DNA of 63,082 nucleotides, counting the filler, from Stramenopiles sp. TOSAG23-2 (taxonomy: Eukaryota): the NCBI GenBank assembly GCA_900128395.1. It is 56 parts of 56 records of this genome, joined end to end, with 100 filler letters (N's around TTAATTAATTAA, not from the genome) between each part and the next. Parts side by side here need not be neighbours in the genome. Positions count along the whole stretch, not along the records: positions 23,810 to 24,839 come from LT653970.1; positions 24,940 to 25,969 come from LT653971.1; positions 26,070 to 27,099 come from LT653972.1; positions 27,200 to 28,228 come from LT653973.1; positions 28,329 to 29,357 come from LT653974.1; positions 29,458 to 30,485 come from LT653975.1; positions 30,586 to 31,613 come from LT653976.1; positions 31,714 to 32,741 come from LT653977.1; 48 more parts are not named here. One strand, written 5' to 3'. Below the pieces are notes generated by a model. The model was not told the DNA's origin and made no database searches. It saw nothing but the letters and a program-made list of their open reading frames with translations. Of the stretch, positions 23,823 through 36,909 are shown piece by piece. The position numbers and the translations under genes are program-made. How positions within the stretch are numbered: position 1 is the stretch's first letter; each line of letters opens with the position of its first letter.

Positions 23823-24839
23823 TCATTCTTCATAACAACGATAATATGTTGTTCCACTTGATAAAATCGTATCATCATCTTTGTAAACATATGTTGTTGA
23901 ATTTTTCTCACCATTAAATATGAAATTATGACTACTTGTTGCTTTTGTTATATCAAACATTCCATCAATATCATCCCAACGGAAAATAGTGTAATTGCCA
24001 TTTGGTTTTAAATTTGAAACAGTGACAGTTCCATGAAATTTAATTGGATGTGCACCACTTCTTGTATCTGGTTCAGATGCATCATCAACTGCAAGAGACA
24101 ATGGCATACCAGGTTTGTCATCATCTAAATCAGTAATACTATATCCAAATCCATATTGTTCATAAATACATGGGAAACCTAAATAACCACCTCCACATTC
24201 ACTACAATTATGTCCATTTACACCAGCTGGTAAACTATCAAATCGACGATAATAAGAATGCGTATCTGCATCTGTACCATGAACAAGAATATCATCATCA
24301 TACCATTTACCATCGTTGGTAAAAGGATGATTTGAATAAATGCCATAAACCGGTTCGACGTGTGAATAATATCCATATGGCAATCCTGGATAAACAGGAT
24401 AACAACCTCCTTCCAACATAATCATCCATGCAATACCATTACCAGCAACTAAATGCTTTTTAATCCATGTCCTGTATGCATCTGCTTGTGGAACTGGCGT
24501 TGTTTTATAATCAAATGCATCAAATTTTAATTTTAAATTTGTTAACGCTAATTCGATATTGGTTGCTAAAATTTCATTATCATGCCCACCACCTGGATGT
24601 GTATGATCTCGAACTTGTTGTTGTGATACCCAGGCACCTTTTCCTAATGTAACATCTTGCACTGCCATTGAGCCACAATAACCACCTGCATCATCCCATT
24701 GAATTCTTGGCGAGACACCTTGAATACGCTTATATTTCATATCTGTAGGTGGTTTACAATATTTATTCATGCATGGCCACCCTTGTTTTGCTTTCAATAT
24801 AGCTTCTGTCGTATTGATAAAATTTTTTGAAGTTTTCAA
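23823..24839 (-). CDS. Hypothetical protein, possibly a C39-like cysteine peptidase plus C-terminal beta domain, 5'-truncated
   Basis: QWDDAGGYCGSMAVQ...VSQQQVR...YSHVEPVYG...D gives a Q-C-H-D order typical of C39-like papain folds. Confidence 0.55.
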   Translation of the reverse strand: MKTSKNFINTTEAILKAKQGWPCMNKYCKPPTDMKYKRIQGVSPRIQWDDAGGYCGSMAVQDVTLGKGAWVSQQQVRDHTHPGGGHDNEILATNIELALTNLKLKFDAFDYKTTPVPQADAYRTWIKKHLVAGNGIAWMIMLEGGCYPVYPGLPYGYYSHVEPVYGIYSNHPFTNDGKWYDDDILVHGTDADTHSYYRRFDSLPAGVNGHNCSECGGGYLGFPCIYEQYGFGYSITDLDDDKPGMPLSLAVDDASEPDTRSGAHPIKFHGTVTVSNLKPNGNYTIFRWDDIDGMFDITKATSSHNFIFNGEKNSTTYVYKDDDTILSSGTTYYRCYEE

Positions 24840-26273
24840 NNNNNNNNNNNNNNNNNNNNNNNNNNNNNNNNNNNNNNNNNNNNTTAATTAATTAANNNNN
24901 NNNNNNNNNNNNNNNNNNNNNNNNNNNNNNNNNNNNNNNACGGCAATGAATATTCCAATACCAGTCAAGAAGAAAAGTGAGGATGAGAAGTAAAAATATT
25001 TAGGCGCTGTATGATAATGATTACGTGTATATCAATATCAAATATAATTCGTATGTAAAGTGTAGAAAAAAGAGGGTAAAAAAAATATCATATATATTTT
25101 TATATTAAAATATACTCGTACTGGTAATATAGAGTGTGTCTAACTTTAACTTTTAAATATAATATATTATAATATTCGTATGTATATATTGACCTCTTCT
25201 GAGCAACTGCTCGCGTACATTTTCCCACTTTTTAAATATTTTCCTCCAATTTACGACTCGTACTAATCAAGTACTTCGTAAAGACTTTTGGATTCACAGG
25301 AAATGCGTAATACGATCTCGAGAATAACCCCAACTATAAATACAGTTCCATTTTATTAACAACAGACGCGGTTGAAATTACAACACTGCATTGTGTGTAC
25401 CACCATCAATCTTTCGTAACTGTTAATAGTACAATTTCCCAATACCACACAATCTTCGTCATATACATCTCATAAATATAAACTTTCATACAAATGTACT
25501 GTTTCCGCATGTGTTTTTTTGGATGCTTTTACATATGATTGAATCTCCATCATCTTCATATGTAAATAATACATGGTAAGGTGAACCTAAAGTTGGAGCG
25601 GGATACATTTAGAGCTAGTACTAACACAGCAGCATCAAAAATCGTGTGTGATGGATGATGAAAAAAGACACAAAAAAAATAAAATTTTTTTATAAAATAT
25701 AAACAATGAATAGACGACAAGAATAGAAATAATCAAGAACACATGTGAATTTAATCAAAACCTTTACTAACATATATATATATATATATGTACATGCACA
25801 TTTTTATCAAGAATAGTTATCGAATAACATTTCTTATAAAAACATTATCATATATACATATTACATATATATATATATATATATATAATATTTAATATAC
25901 ATTCCGCTTGATTAATAAAGATCGTGAAAATATATTTAATGATCATATTGAGAAATTAATAAAGGATCGNNNNNNNNNNNNNNNNNNNNNNNNNNNNNNN
26001 NNNNNNNNNNNNNTTAATTAATTAANNNNNNNNNNNNNNNNNNNNNNNNNNNNNNNNNNNNNNNNNNNNTTACAATATTTTGTTTATATATTTGATTATT
26101 GTATTTGTTTACTGTATAGATTAATATAAAGGTTAATAATTTTTTAAATATCATCATCATCAAAAAATAAAAATAAAGACGAAAAAATGAAAAAAATTAT
26201 TTTTTTTTACAAAACACACACACACACACGATGAACAAAAGCTTTTCCTTTAATTTGCGTTCTCTCCATTTAA

Positions 26274-27098
26274 TTAAGATCGACTCGATTTATTATTATC
26301 ATGTTGATCCCAAAAATTCATTTGCATTTTTGGTGGATAAATTTGTGGTTGATCCAATACTCCATTACTTAACCATGCACGATTTAAAGAAGAATTCCCA
26401 GTTGATGATTGCTTTTGATATTGTGGCCTCGTTTCTGGCACTGTATAATTATCTCTCATCATTGCTGCTAAGCCACCGTCTCCATATATAGAGGCAAAAC
26501 TACCACGTCTTACTGAAATATTATGGTTATTGTTATTATTGCTATGATTATAATTGGGATTGTTACCAGTATTGATGCTAAAATTATCATTATTATTGTT
26601 ATCAAAGTTCATCATAGAATTGCTGTACATACTCATTCCTAAAGAGCTTGGATTAGTTTGCGCCCGTTGTTGACCACCACGTATATTTGAACTAGTACCA
26701 CCATTGCCAAATCTATTACTAGTACGGCCACCAAAGCCGGAACTATCACCTTTACTACTGTTACTATTACCATTACGACTACGCTTGATACTACTGCTTT
26801 GTCCTGATGAACGTACAAAACCATTTCGTTCACTATATGTATATGTTGGCATATTGCTTCCACCAAAACTCATTTCTCTTGGTGCTAATAATGTAATGGT
26901 AGACGTTCGCAAGACTGCTTTTGCTGGTGCCATACCTCTGGAGGAGACATATGGAACATTTGGATGGTTGCCATTGTTTTGTTGATTGTAACGTTGAGTA
27001 CGTTGTGTGCTGTTGTCTGGTCCAGGGTATAGACGCGATGATACTTGGAAAATACGCCCATCTTTAGATATGCGTCTTTGATCCGCAGCAGTACTCAT
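26274..27098 (-). CDS. Low-complexity S/G/N-rich protein, C-terminal fragment
   Basis: 274-codon open frame from the contig edge to a stop followed by an AT-rich UTR. Confidence 0.7.
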   Translation of the reverse strand: MSTAADQRRISKDGRIFQVSSRLYPGPDNSTQRTQRYNQQNNGNHPNVPYVSSRGMAPAKAVLRTSTITLLAPREMSFGGSNMPTYTYSERNGFVRSSGQSSSIKRSRNGNSNSSKGDSSGFGGRTSNRFGNGGTSSNIRGGQQRAQTNPSSLGMSMYSNSMMNFDNNNNDNFSINTGNNPNYNHSNNNNNHNISVRRGSFASIYGDGGLAAMMRDNYTVPETRPQYQKQSSTGNSSLNRAWLSNGVLDQPQIYPPKMQMNFWDQHDNNKSSRS

Positions 27099-27201
27099 GN
27101 NNNNNNNNNNNNNNNNNNNNNNNNNNNNNNNNNNNNNNNNNNNTTAATTAATTAANNNNNNNNNNNNNNNNNNNNNNNNNNNNNNNNNNNNNNNNNNNNT
27201 A

Positions 27202-28083
27202 ATGGAACAATCTAGACAAGAAGCGGAGGATGCAGCAGATTCAGCACAAAGGCAACTGCGACAGGCGCAAAAACAACTTCAAATGAGCCCAAGCATACGG
27301 GGTTCACGTACATTTAAAAGCGATAGAAATACATATCGCTCACCACGCCAAACACGAGTGAATAACACCAGAAGGAGTGCAGGCAGCACAGGTAGAAGAA
27401 GAGGAAAGATTGTTGATGGTGATATTTTACCACGAATTGAAAGCCAATCTACGAAAACATCCCCAAATTTTTCATTTGATGAGTATGACGCAAATTTAGG
27501 CGGTTGGAGTTCACGTGGAAACATGACACCTCCGTCTGTCAGAAATAGTAAAGTTGGAAGAAAACCGGATTCTAATAGAAGAATCGTTGATCGTTATGCT
27601 CAAAGAGATGAGAGAGGTGTTGCTATAGATCCAACTGGTACTTATGAATATAAAAATCCTGACGAAAGGGTACTAAATACGGAAGCCGCACGTTTAGCTG
27701 CAATAAAAGTTGAAACGCAAGTAAAAGAAGACGATGAAACAAAGGACGAAGCGGAGCCGACTGTAACAAATGGTAACTCCACCGTAAATGAAGCCAAAGA
27801 CCCAATTAAAATAGCCACAGAATTGAATGAAGCTGCGGTGAAGGTACAAGCGAGAGCTAGAGGATTTTTACAACGTAATTCTCCACCCAAAAAAGGCGAA
27901 GAAGACAATACTGATGTAAATGAAGGTGACGATGGTGAGGCAAATGAAGAAGATATAAAGGAAAATGACGATGAAGAAATCGATGTCGAAGAGGAAGAAG
28001 AAGAGGAGGATGCAGAGGAGGAAGAAGAAGAGGCTGAAGAGGAGGAAGTGGAAGGAGAAGAATTAAGTGAAGATGAGGATTGA
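27202..28083 (+). CDS. IQ-motif protein with acidic tail, C-terminal fragment
   Basis: AAVKVQARARGFLQR fits IQxxxRGxxxR; poly-E/D tail. Confidence 0.75.
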   Translation: MEQSRQEAEDAADSAQRQLRQAQKQLQMSPSIRGSRTFKSDRNTYRSPRQTRVNNTRRSAGSTGRRRGKIVDGDILPRIESQSTKTSPNFSFDEYDANLGGWSSRGNMTPPSVRNSKVGRKPDSNRRIVDRYAQRDERGVAIDPTGTYEYKNPDERVLNTEAARLAAIKVETQVKEDDETKDEAEPTVTNGNSTVNEAKDPIKIATELNEAAVKVQARARGFLQRNSPPKKGEEDNTDVNEGDDGEANEEDIKENDDEEIDVEEEEEEEDAEEEEEEAEEEEVEGEELSEDED

Positions 28084-28509
28084 TGATATATATTTACTTA
28101 CTTCGTTTACTATGTAACATATATTATGACGCACATATTTATATATATCATAATATTTTAATTTATACGCATAATTTATTTGTTAATTTACTCATGATAA
28201 TTCCTACTCTTCAAAAGAATACAATAACNNNNNNNNNNNNNNNNNNNNNNNNNNNNNNNNNNNNNNNNNNNNTTAATTAATTAANNNNNNNNNNNNNNNN
28301 NNNNNNNNNNNNNNNNNNNNNNNNNNNNTATTTAACTCAAGTTACCATAAGTATAATTAATGATATGATATATATCATTATATTTATATAAAATCTAAGT
28401 TATATATATTATTAATGATATATGATATATAAAAATTTTATATAAATCTCATGTACCATAACTTATGAACGCTTCGTATCATAGATTTTAACACCATCTC
28501 ATCATTTTT

Positions 28510-28917
28510 TTAACAAATAAACGTAGTAAATATTATGCATACGAATACTATGATGTTTGCATATACTCGTTGATTATACGTTACACTTGAACCAATCGAT
28601 AGCGTGTCTTCCTCATCTTCATTTGGAGCCGGTGCCTTGGAACCTCTTCTGGTTCTCGTATTTGTAGATATGCCACTCGTATCATCTACCGTACTATCAT
28701 CCTTCTCATATGTAGTTACTATAACATATCTGTCTTCAACGGCTGGCTCTGATGTATCAACCGATAATTGTATCGTCTTACCCGTTGCATTTTCTATTTT
28801 ATTAGTAATTTCACTAGAAAATGCAGCTTCCTTCATCTTTGTTTTCATTTTTCCTACTTCAATAGCATCATCTGCTACTACGATTTCATATTTGTCAACA
28901 GAATATCTTCTTTGCAT
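28510..28917 (-). CDS. C-terminal exon or fragment of a membrane- or GPI-anchored protein
   Basis: Ser/Thr/Asp-rich linker followed by a hydrophobic terminus (IIVFVCIIFTTFIC). Confidence 0.5.
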   Translation of the reverse strand: MQRRYSVDKYEIVVADDAIEVGKMKTKMKEAAFSSEITNKIENATGKTIQLSVDTSEPAVEDRYVIVTTYEKDDSTVDDTSGISTNTRTRRGSKAPAPNEDEEDTLSIGSSVTYNQRVYANIIVFVCIIFTTFIC

Positions 28918-29465
28918 ATATAGTAATATATTACTTCTTTCACTTGTTTTTATATGTCTCTTCTTTCAATAAATTTAAATTGCAGCTGTTTCGCTTTTTT
29001 AGTATATGTACATATCTGTAAATATATATGAACTCTTCGTATAAAACTCCCGTTTATAATTACGTACGTTTTGCGTTTTGCATACGGTCGGACACTAGGA
29101 GCCTACAACAGTTCTCTGGACACCAGAGGCATTTCCAGGTCCAAATCTACGTTTTCAGTACAGAGTACCTGGTACCTGGTATTGTAACAGCTACAGTTAA
29201 TAAGAATACTATAGGCAGGCTGGTAAATTGGTAAATTAATAATTTCAATAATGATTATGATGAAATTAAAAATACCAGGTAGGTATAATCTAGGTCCTAG
29301 ACTTTTCTTTAAGGTAGGTAGTATAAATTCAATACAGGTAAAGCCAAATTGCAACATNNNNNNNNNNNNNNNNNNNNNNNNNNNNNNNNNNNNNNNNNNN
29401 NTTAATTAATTAANNNNNNNNNNNNNNNNNNNNNNNNNNNNNNNNNNNNNNNNNNNNTTTTTTTT

Positions 29466-29489
29466 CAAGCAGAAGACGGCATACGAGAT
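29466..29489 (+). other. Illumina P7 adapter sequence (assembly contamination)
   Basis: Exact CAAGCAGAAGACGGCATACGAGAT at the contig start after a T run. Confidence 0.97.
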
Positions 29490-30422
29490 AAAGCTAGCGA
29501 GAATTTAAGTCGAAGTTTGAACAGTTTCAGAACGCTTGTGCAAGTGTTCACGCTCGCGTTCGGAGAAGAGGAAGAAGAGGGAGAAGACAACATAGGGGAT
29601 ATTAGTAAAGGCTTGGAGAATCTCGACATCAGTGCGGAAGGGGCGATGAAACAACTAAATGTCCTCGTCGCCGTTATTGGTAGTCTGCTGGAAATCATAG
29701 GATCGGCGCGAAACATTGAGCGTCTGGATGACTGTGGCGCAGACCCGTTTCTCGTGTTTGAGATTGCGGATATTGTCGGGAGATTTGCGAACGATCTCGA
29801 GGTTGTTCATGTGGGCGAAATCGACGCGAGCATGAAACACATAGCCGAAAGTATGCGGAAAAGAATTGCCCAGATTGCCGGAAAATACTCAGAAAAGTAT
29901 GATATACTTCAATACGGATGGGATCGAATGGAATCAATCGTATACAATTTCAATGTTCGAATTTGGAGTACCTATGATGCAGCGTACGATCCAGAGCGGC
30001 TCGAGTGCCAGATAAATTCTGGTTTCATCTCGCTTTTATTTGAAATGGTCGCAGAGAACGTTTCCATGAAATGTGACTCTTGTTTTGATAACAAGTTTGA
30101 CTCACACATGAAGTTCTTAGAGTGGGTCGAGAAATACGCGCATTCTTTGGCGAACGACATGTCGCGCATGCTCGTTGAAGGATGGCCAGAGCGCCTCCGG
30201 GCCTTGAGCTTAGACTATATAGAAATCGAACGAATAAAAAAACAATGGGTAAATCTCACGGAAGCCGTCCAAAATGGGAAGGCATCAATCGATGATCGTG
30301 TGAAAGGTCCTTCTAAAAGCGAACCGGAATGGAAGGAAACAATCGAAATAACGAAAAAGTTACTTCCACTTTTTGAAGACCTGGACGACCCGAAGCGCTT
30401 AGATGTGTGCGTCGTTCGATAA
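29490..30422 (+). CDS. Hypothetical alpha-helical protein, 5'-truncated, on a contig with higher GC
   Basis: More than 300 open codons; no motif recognised. Confidence 0.65.
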   Translation, partial: KASENLSRSLNSFRTLVQVFTLAFGEEEEEGEDNIGDISKGLENLDISAEGAMKQLNVLVAVIGSLLEIIGSARNIERLDDCGADPFLVFEIADIVGRFANDLEVVHVGEIDASMKHIAESMRKRIAQIAGKYSEKYDILQYGWDRMESIVYNFNVRIWSTYDAAYDPERLECQINSGFISLLFEMVAENVSMKCDSCFDNKFDSHMKFLEWVEKYAHSLANDMSRMLVEGWPERLRALSLDYIEIERIKKQWVNLTEAVQNGKASIDDRVKGPSKSEPEWKETIEITKKLLPLFEDLDDPKRLDVCVVR

Positions 30423-30585
30423 TAATATTGAACGCATTCTGATTGTATATTACTATAGTATGGTACCATGGTACAGTACATAGGTNNNNNNNNNNNNNNN
30501 NNNNNNNNNNNNNNNNNNNNNNNNNNNNNTTAATTAATTAANNNNNNNNNNNNNNNNNNNNNNNNNNNNNNNNNNNNNNNNNNNN

Positions 30586-31613
30586 TTATCTAATATGAAA
30601 TCATATATTGTACGTAGATGAGGCTTCATCCAATGACCAAGTTGTATTTTCTGTATCTCTAAAACTGCAAATTTTACATTCATGCCATACAGACTCCCAT
30701 ACGCATCATCTGGTTGCAGTAGCGAATTTTGTATGATTAAATTGTGTCGTAAAGGTCCAAATTGCAATGCATGACGATCAAGAATTCCTATTGTATTTCC
30801 AGAGAAAACGCATTCATTACATGCTAGCATTCCATCTACTTGCCATCCATAGTTATCTCCAATTCGTAATCCAACATAATTTGAGTAAAATAATACATTT
30901 TTCACAGATATTGTATGCAAATGCGTGCTAAAACCTAATTCAATGCCTTGTTGACAATCCTCAACAATAACACGTTCAATACGAACCGTTTTCGGAATAT
31001 CAAAGCCATTATCAGATAATGCTATACCTTCATGATAACAACTTTCAATGTATGTATCTCGTATTGTCAAATTGCCACCGGGTCCAGTGCCACTATCAAT
31101 ACAATCATCCATTGCATTTCCAACTGCAGATTTCAAAATATTAACATTTCCACCAACTATATACATCGCATCATGATCTGAATCTTTATATTCTATTAAT
31201 AACTTATCATCATCATTATTATTAAAAAAACGCGTTGGAAAATCTGTAATAATACTATTAGAAATTGTAATTGTCGCATTGCTACATTGTAACCCACATG
31301 TAAACCCTTGAATAAGTGAAAAATTTGCATTCAATGTAGCCCCAGATGATGCTACTATTGCTTGACCTGCTCCATAAATTAATTGAGAATGGGATAGATC
31401 AACTTTTGCATCTGCATGTATTGATAATAGAGAAACCTCCTTGCGATGCCCAAGTCCAAAATTAAGATTAGAACCACCACCACCACTACTACCACTCCAT
31501 AAAAAAATGCTATGCACAGCGTATAAATAACTATTTATCCCTTCGATTACGATACCACCCCATGCTTTACTTTTACTCTGAGACATAAATATGGTTGAAA
31601 TTGCTACACCTTC
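30586..31613 (-). CDS. Right-handed parallel beta-helix (pectin-lyase-like) protein, fragment
   Basis: WGGIVI, DHDAMYIVGG, AMDDCIDSG, CYHEGIALS, CQQGIELG and NYVGLRIG repeats. Confidence 0.75.
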
Positions 31614-31891
31614 NNNNNNNNNNNNNNNNNNNNNNNNNNNNNNNNNNNNNNNNNNNNTTAATTAATTAANNNNNNNNNNNNNNNNNNNNNNNNNNNNNNN
31701 NNNNNNNNNNNNNTTACATGCGAGAGAAGCTTCGTTCAGAGAGTGTGTAAAAAATTTGTTTTGTATTTATTAATTTATGATATCTTTATAGTATGTACAT
31801 TCCCCAATATAATTACTTAATATATAAAAGACAAAAACATATTTATTTGCTAGAGAAGATATACCGATTTATAATACAAGACACTACGGAG

Positions 31892-32158
31892 TCATTGTAA
31901 TTGATCAGATGAAGTAATTGTTCCATCACCAATAGGTTGATTTACATTATATATACTCTTTTGAAATGGCAAATACATAGTGACTAACTTTGGATCAACA
32001 GCACGCATTAATTTATTTAAATTTGTAGCTTGTTCATTTAATTTTTCAATAATATTATTCATTTCTGCCATTTCCTCTGCTACCCTTCTTAACCCATTTA
32101 ATTCAGGATCATCCATGACTACTGCATTTTTTTCTACATCGTTTGTTATATCTTCCAT
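31892..32158 (-). CDS. Small helical protein, possible DASH/Dam1 complex subunit Dad3
   Basis: 88 aa; LMRAVDPKLVTMYLPFQKSIYNV resembles, from memory, the Dad3 C-terminal consensus LRxLExKxxLVxTxFKxSVYSI. Confidence 0.4.
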   Translation of the reverse strand: MEDITNDVEKNAVVMDDPELNGLRRVAEEMAEMNNIIEKLNEQATNLNKLMRAVDPKLVTMYLPFQKSIYNVNQPIGDGTITSSDQLQ

Positions 32159-32841
32159 TATATCAATATTTTTTGTTTCTTCCCAAATGAAATGCACTAT
32201 AAAACAAACACTTTTCTCTATTACAACTTACCAATTACCAAGTCCATCTATTCTTATCTAATATATTTATCAACAATATATACAATTGAAACACTATCCT
32301 TCTGATTTTTCAAAAAATATTTTTCATAATCCTATATAAAAGTATACAAAAATGGAATTTAAGTATTATAAACAATGAATTGTTGTTGAACATTTGAAAT
32401 AGAGCTAGAGCTACCACGGTGTTAGTCTAAAGCGTTGTTGTGGTGGTGTGTGAATAATTGTTGTGTGATGAAGCAACTTGATGATGATGTGAATTGATGA
32501 AGCCTGATGATGAATTGAAATTTAAAACACATACACTTTATTATACATTTTTTATTACCACCAGGTAAAATAGATAGAGACAGAGAGATATAGAACATGA
32601 ATGGAGAGAACAAGATATATAGAAATATAGCTCATTCTACAATTTTCTATATCTATATTTATATAAATAGGAACATACGTATAAAGATATATATATAAGA
32701 GAAGATGAAGAACAGCAAGAGTTTACGTGTGAAAAAAATCANNNNNNNNNNNNNNNNNNNNNNNNNNNNNNNNNNNNNNNNNNNNTTAATTAATTAANNN
32801 NNNNNNNNNNNNNNNNNNNNNNNNNNNNNNNNNNNNNNNNN

Positions 32842-33773
<932 letters not shown>

Positions 33774-33969
33774 TCAAGTTTTCGCTTTCAAATTCTTGTA
33801 TAAATATAATATATTCGTTAAATATTGTATATCATTGAATCTATAATTTGACTATCTATCTATCTATCTNNNNNNNNNNNNNNNNNNNNNNNNNNNNNNN
33901 NNNNNNNNNNNNNTTAATTAATTAANNNNNNNNNNNNNNNNNNNNNNNNNNNNNNNNNNNNNNNNNNNN

Positions 33970-34997
33970 CGCAATAATTCATGCTGAAATATGTTTAAAT
34001 GTTTCAAAACCCTCAAAAAGAAGAATGAATATGTTTATACGTGAAATATCGGAGGAACTTGCTCATGTTATGATTGTGAATCTTCAACGAGTTGATGTCT
34101 TAGATGTTTCAAAATTAGATGATGGTAGCATTGCTGTAAAAATAGAAATATTTTATCACGATACAGAAGATTCCACACTAGCATCAAGTCTTCTAGAAAA
34201 GTATATTCACGACCCAGACAGCATGTTATTTACACAAAAATGGTGTTCTAATTTAGATCCAGCAAATTGTAAATTTATAAGCGATACATACAACAGCTTG
34301 GAGCAGGCTAGTGTCAAAGATATTGAAAGTTTAGAGGAACATTTTACTGTTGTTGAAAACGCACTAAGAAAAATTACGACAAAATTGGAAAGTTTGAAAG
34401 ACGAATGTTTTAATGAAGAGCACGGATTAAAGGTAAAGATTTCCAGCTTGAAGAATAGAGAGAAGAAAGAATACGAGAACAAATACAAAATATATAAAAA
34501 CCATAAAGAAGAGGCAGAAGACGAAAAAACATTGATGATATCTAACGCTCAGCGTGCAGATCTTCTTGCACATCAAAATACAAATGCTCTCGTCTACGCG
34601 GCTGCGACAGCATTGCGTAAAATGCCTGTAATGACTCGGTGGGTATACGCTATCTTAATGACAATATTGGTAATATTTCCAATTTTTCTTACTTCCATCG
34701 TGTTTGCAGCCCCGCAGCTGGCTTCCATGAAAATACGGAATACAAACGTAGGTAGATTATTGTTTTATTCAGATGCGGCAGGACTTACTTTTCTGTTATA
34801 TTGTTTGCTATGCAATTCTCGATTTGGTAATAGAAACGTCTCTGCTAAATCGTTGAGATCTTTAGGTGCATTGTTATTATCACTAACGACGAGTTTGTTA
34901 ATATACGAATGTTTTTTTACAACCAGCTGGGAAATAGCCGAGTTGGTAATAACAGTTGTAGCAGTAATGCCTTTAAGCATGATGGTTGGTGTTATGT
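33970..34997 (+). CDS. Hypothetical membrane protein (coiled coil followed by several TM helices), fragment
   Basis: Long open frame with four hydrophobic segments in the 3' half. Confidence 0.7.
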
Positions 34998-35097
34998 NNN
35001 NNNNNNNNNNNNNNNNNNNNNNNNNNNNNNNNNNNNNNNNNTTAATTAATTAANNNNNNNNNNNNNNNNNNNNNNNNNNNNNNNNNNNNNNNNNNNN

Positions 35098-35539
35098 TTT
35101 CAACATTCCTATCAATTAGATCTTGTGAAGTTTTTTTTGTTGTTGATTCATAGTATAATTTACCTTGTTTTAATGTATCTTCCACTAACTCAAAGCCATG
35201 GTCTAAATCTTTAAAATCCTCTTGCAATCCACGCCAATGTAATAGCAATTCTTTATATTGTTTTTCTTCTTTTATTTGTGCTAATTCTGCTTCTGAATTT
35301 ACGTCATTGTTACCGGCTTCTCCCGATCCTATTTTTTTCAAAAGATCTTCCTTTGTTTTATCCCAATTTGCTTTACTAACGTCAAAATCCATTTGTATGT
35401 TCAATACAGCTTCTAACACTTGTCCACGAGTCCATTCTTTACTATTATTACTATTATTATTATCTACCTTACTCTCATTATCATTATTAGTTACATCATC
35501 GTTCACAAGGATTTGTTTCTGTTCATCCATCTCCGCCAT
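35098..35539 (-). CDS. Hypothetical coiled-coil protein, N-terminal fragment
   Basis: ATG after an AT-rich leader; frame open to the contig edge. Confidence 0.65.
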
Positions 35540-36614
35540 TGTTATAAATAATTTTATTTTGTTTTATTTATATGTCTACTATGGCCATCTACTATATATA
35601 TGTATATATATACTATTAATACTATGAGGTAATATAGTTTTACAACTTCAATTATTTTTTATAATTAGTATATGTATTATTTGTGAAGTGCTGAAAATCT
35701 AATTATAATATATTTTTTATATTAGATCACTTCTATTAGCTATTCTAAATGCTATAGTCAATCTCCTATCTTAATATCTTCAATATATTGTACTTTGTAT
35801 CCAGTTTTGAGGGCTTGATAATTTATAATAATACGACACAGCATTATACAATACAATAATTCAATGATAGTCCGTATTGATTGCCCATTATTGCACCTTT
35901 TCACTTCCTTTTCGGTTCGATCGAATAAATAATGAATGGATATATTATATAATACAAGATATACAATACCAGGTATGCTCTTTTAGGATAGATAGGTATA
36001 ATTAATATCATACTACAACAAAGATATCAAGATAACCAGGATTATCAATCTAATCACGCAGATCAACAAGTTAATAGCAAGAATATCATGGGTGATAGAC
36101 AAATCGCACAGATGTGCAAATTCATNNNNNNNNNNNNNNNNNNNNNNNNNNNNNNNNNNNNNNNNNNNNTTAATTAATTAANNNNNNNNNNNNNNNNNNN
36201 NNNNNNNNNNNNNNNNNNNNNNNNNTTTTTTTTTTGTCCATCACCATTTTTTTAGTTGAATTTTACAATTATTGATGCATTCAACAACTACACGAGACTG
36301 GGGTGATTTTGTAATTACATGCAGTTCATGTCGTCTTTTGTCTTCAATTTTTGTATTTAGACCATAAAAATTAGCAGACTTTATACAAATTGTCTGCTCA
36401 CTCAAGGCATGCTGGGCATGGATTGACATATACCTTGACAATACACAACAACACGTTTCTTACCGGCAATATCATGCAAGTTAACCTCCACATGGATACG
36501 ATGCTATCATATTGGCTGCAATAGCTCGCATTTACAGCATCAACATTGTACTAATGCGGCAATTTCATCCAAATCGTAGGATGGCAGAGTATATTCAAAC
36601 ACAAACCCAAGCCT

Positions 36615-36909
36615 CTGGTAGATTCTAATAAATGCGGACGAGGCGGACCCAAATCAATGGGACCCAAATTTTATCAAAAAATGAATTAAAAAAAAAGGAT
36701 TTTGTGATTTCATTTTTTTAAAATAAATAATTTATTTGAATACTATTTTACAAATAATAATCGGATATTTTAATTTTAAAATATCCATAATCGGCATATT
36801 TTGATCCAATTTGGGTCCCATTGAACCCTACCCTTCAACTCTAATATAATCCTATTCCTATCTATTCTAATGATTTCGTTCCGCCTCTTCCGCATTTAAT
36901 AATCGCCAG
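36615..36909. mobile_element. MITE-like element with interrupted inverted arms
   Basis: TAAATGCGGACGAGGCGGA pairs with TCCGCCTCTTCCGCATTTA, and CAATGGGACCCAAATT with AATTTGGGTCCCATTG, around an AT-rich core; the right arm has a ~45-bp insert. Confidence 0.6.

Noticed and set aside
25170-25560. Coding-like minus-strand stretch with several in-frame stops
   Set aside because: No recognisable family; cannot be told apart from non-coding DNA without a search.
32464-32510. C/D-box snoRNA-like GTGATGA...CTGA
   Set aside because: Only about 45 nt, inside TGA-rich low-complexity sequence, with no terminal stem or recognisable guide.
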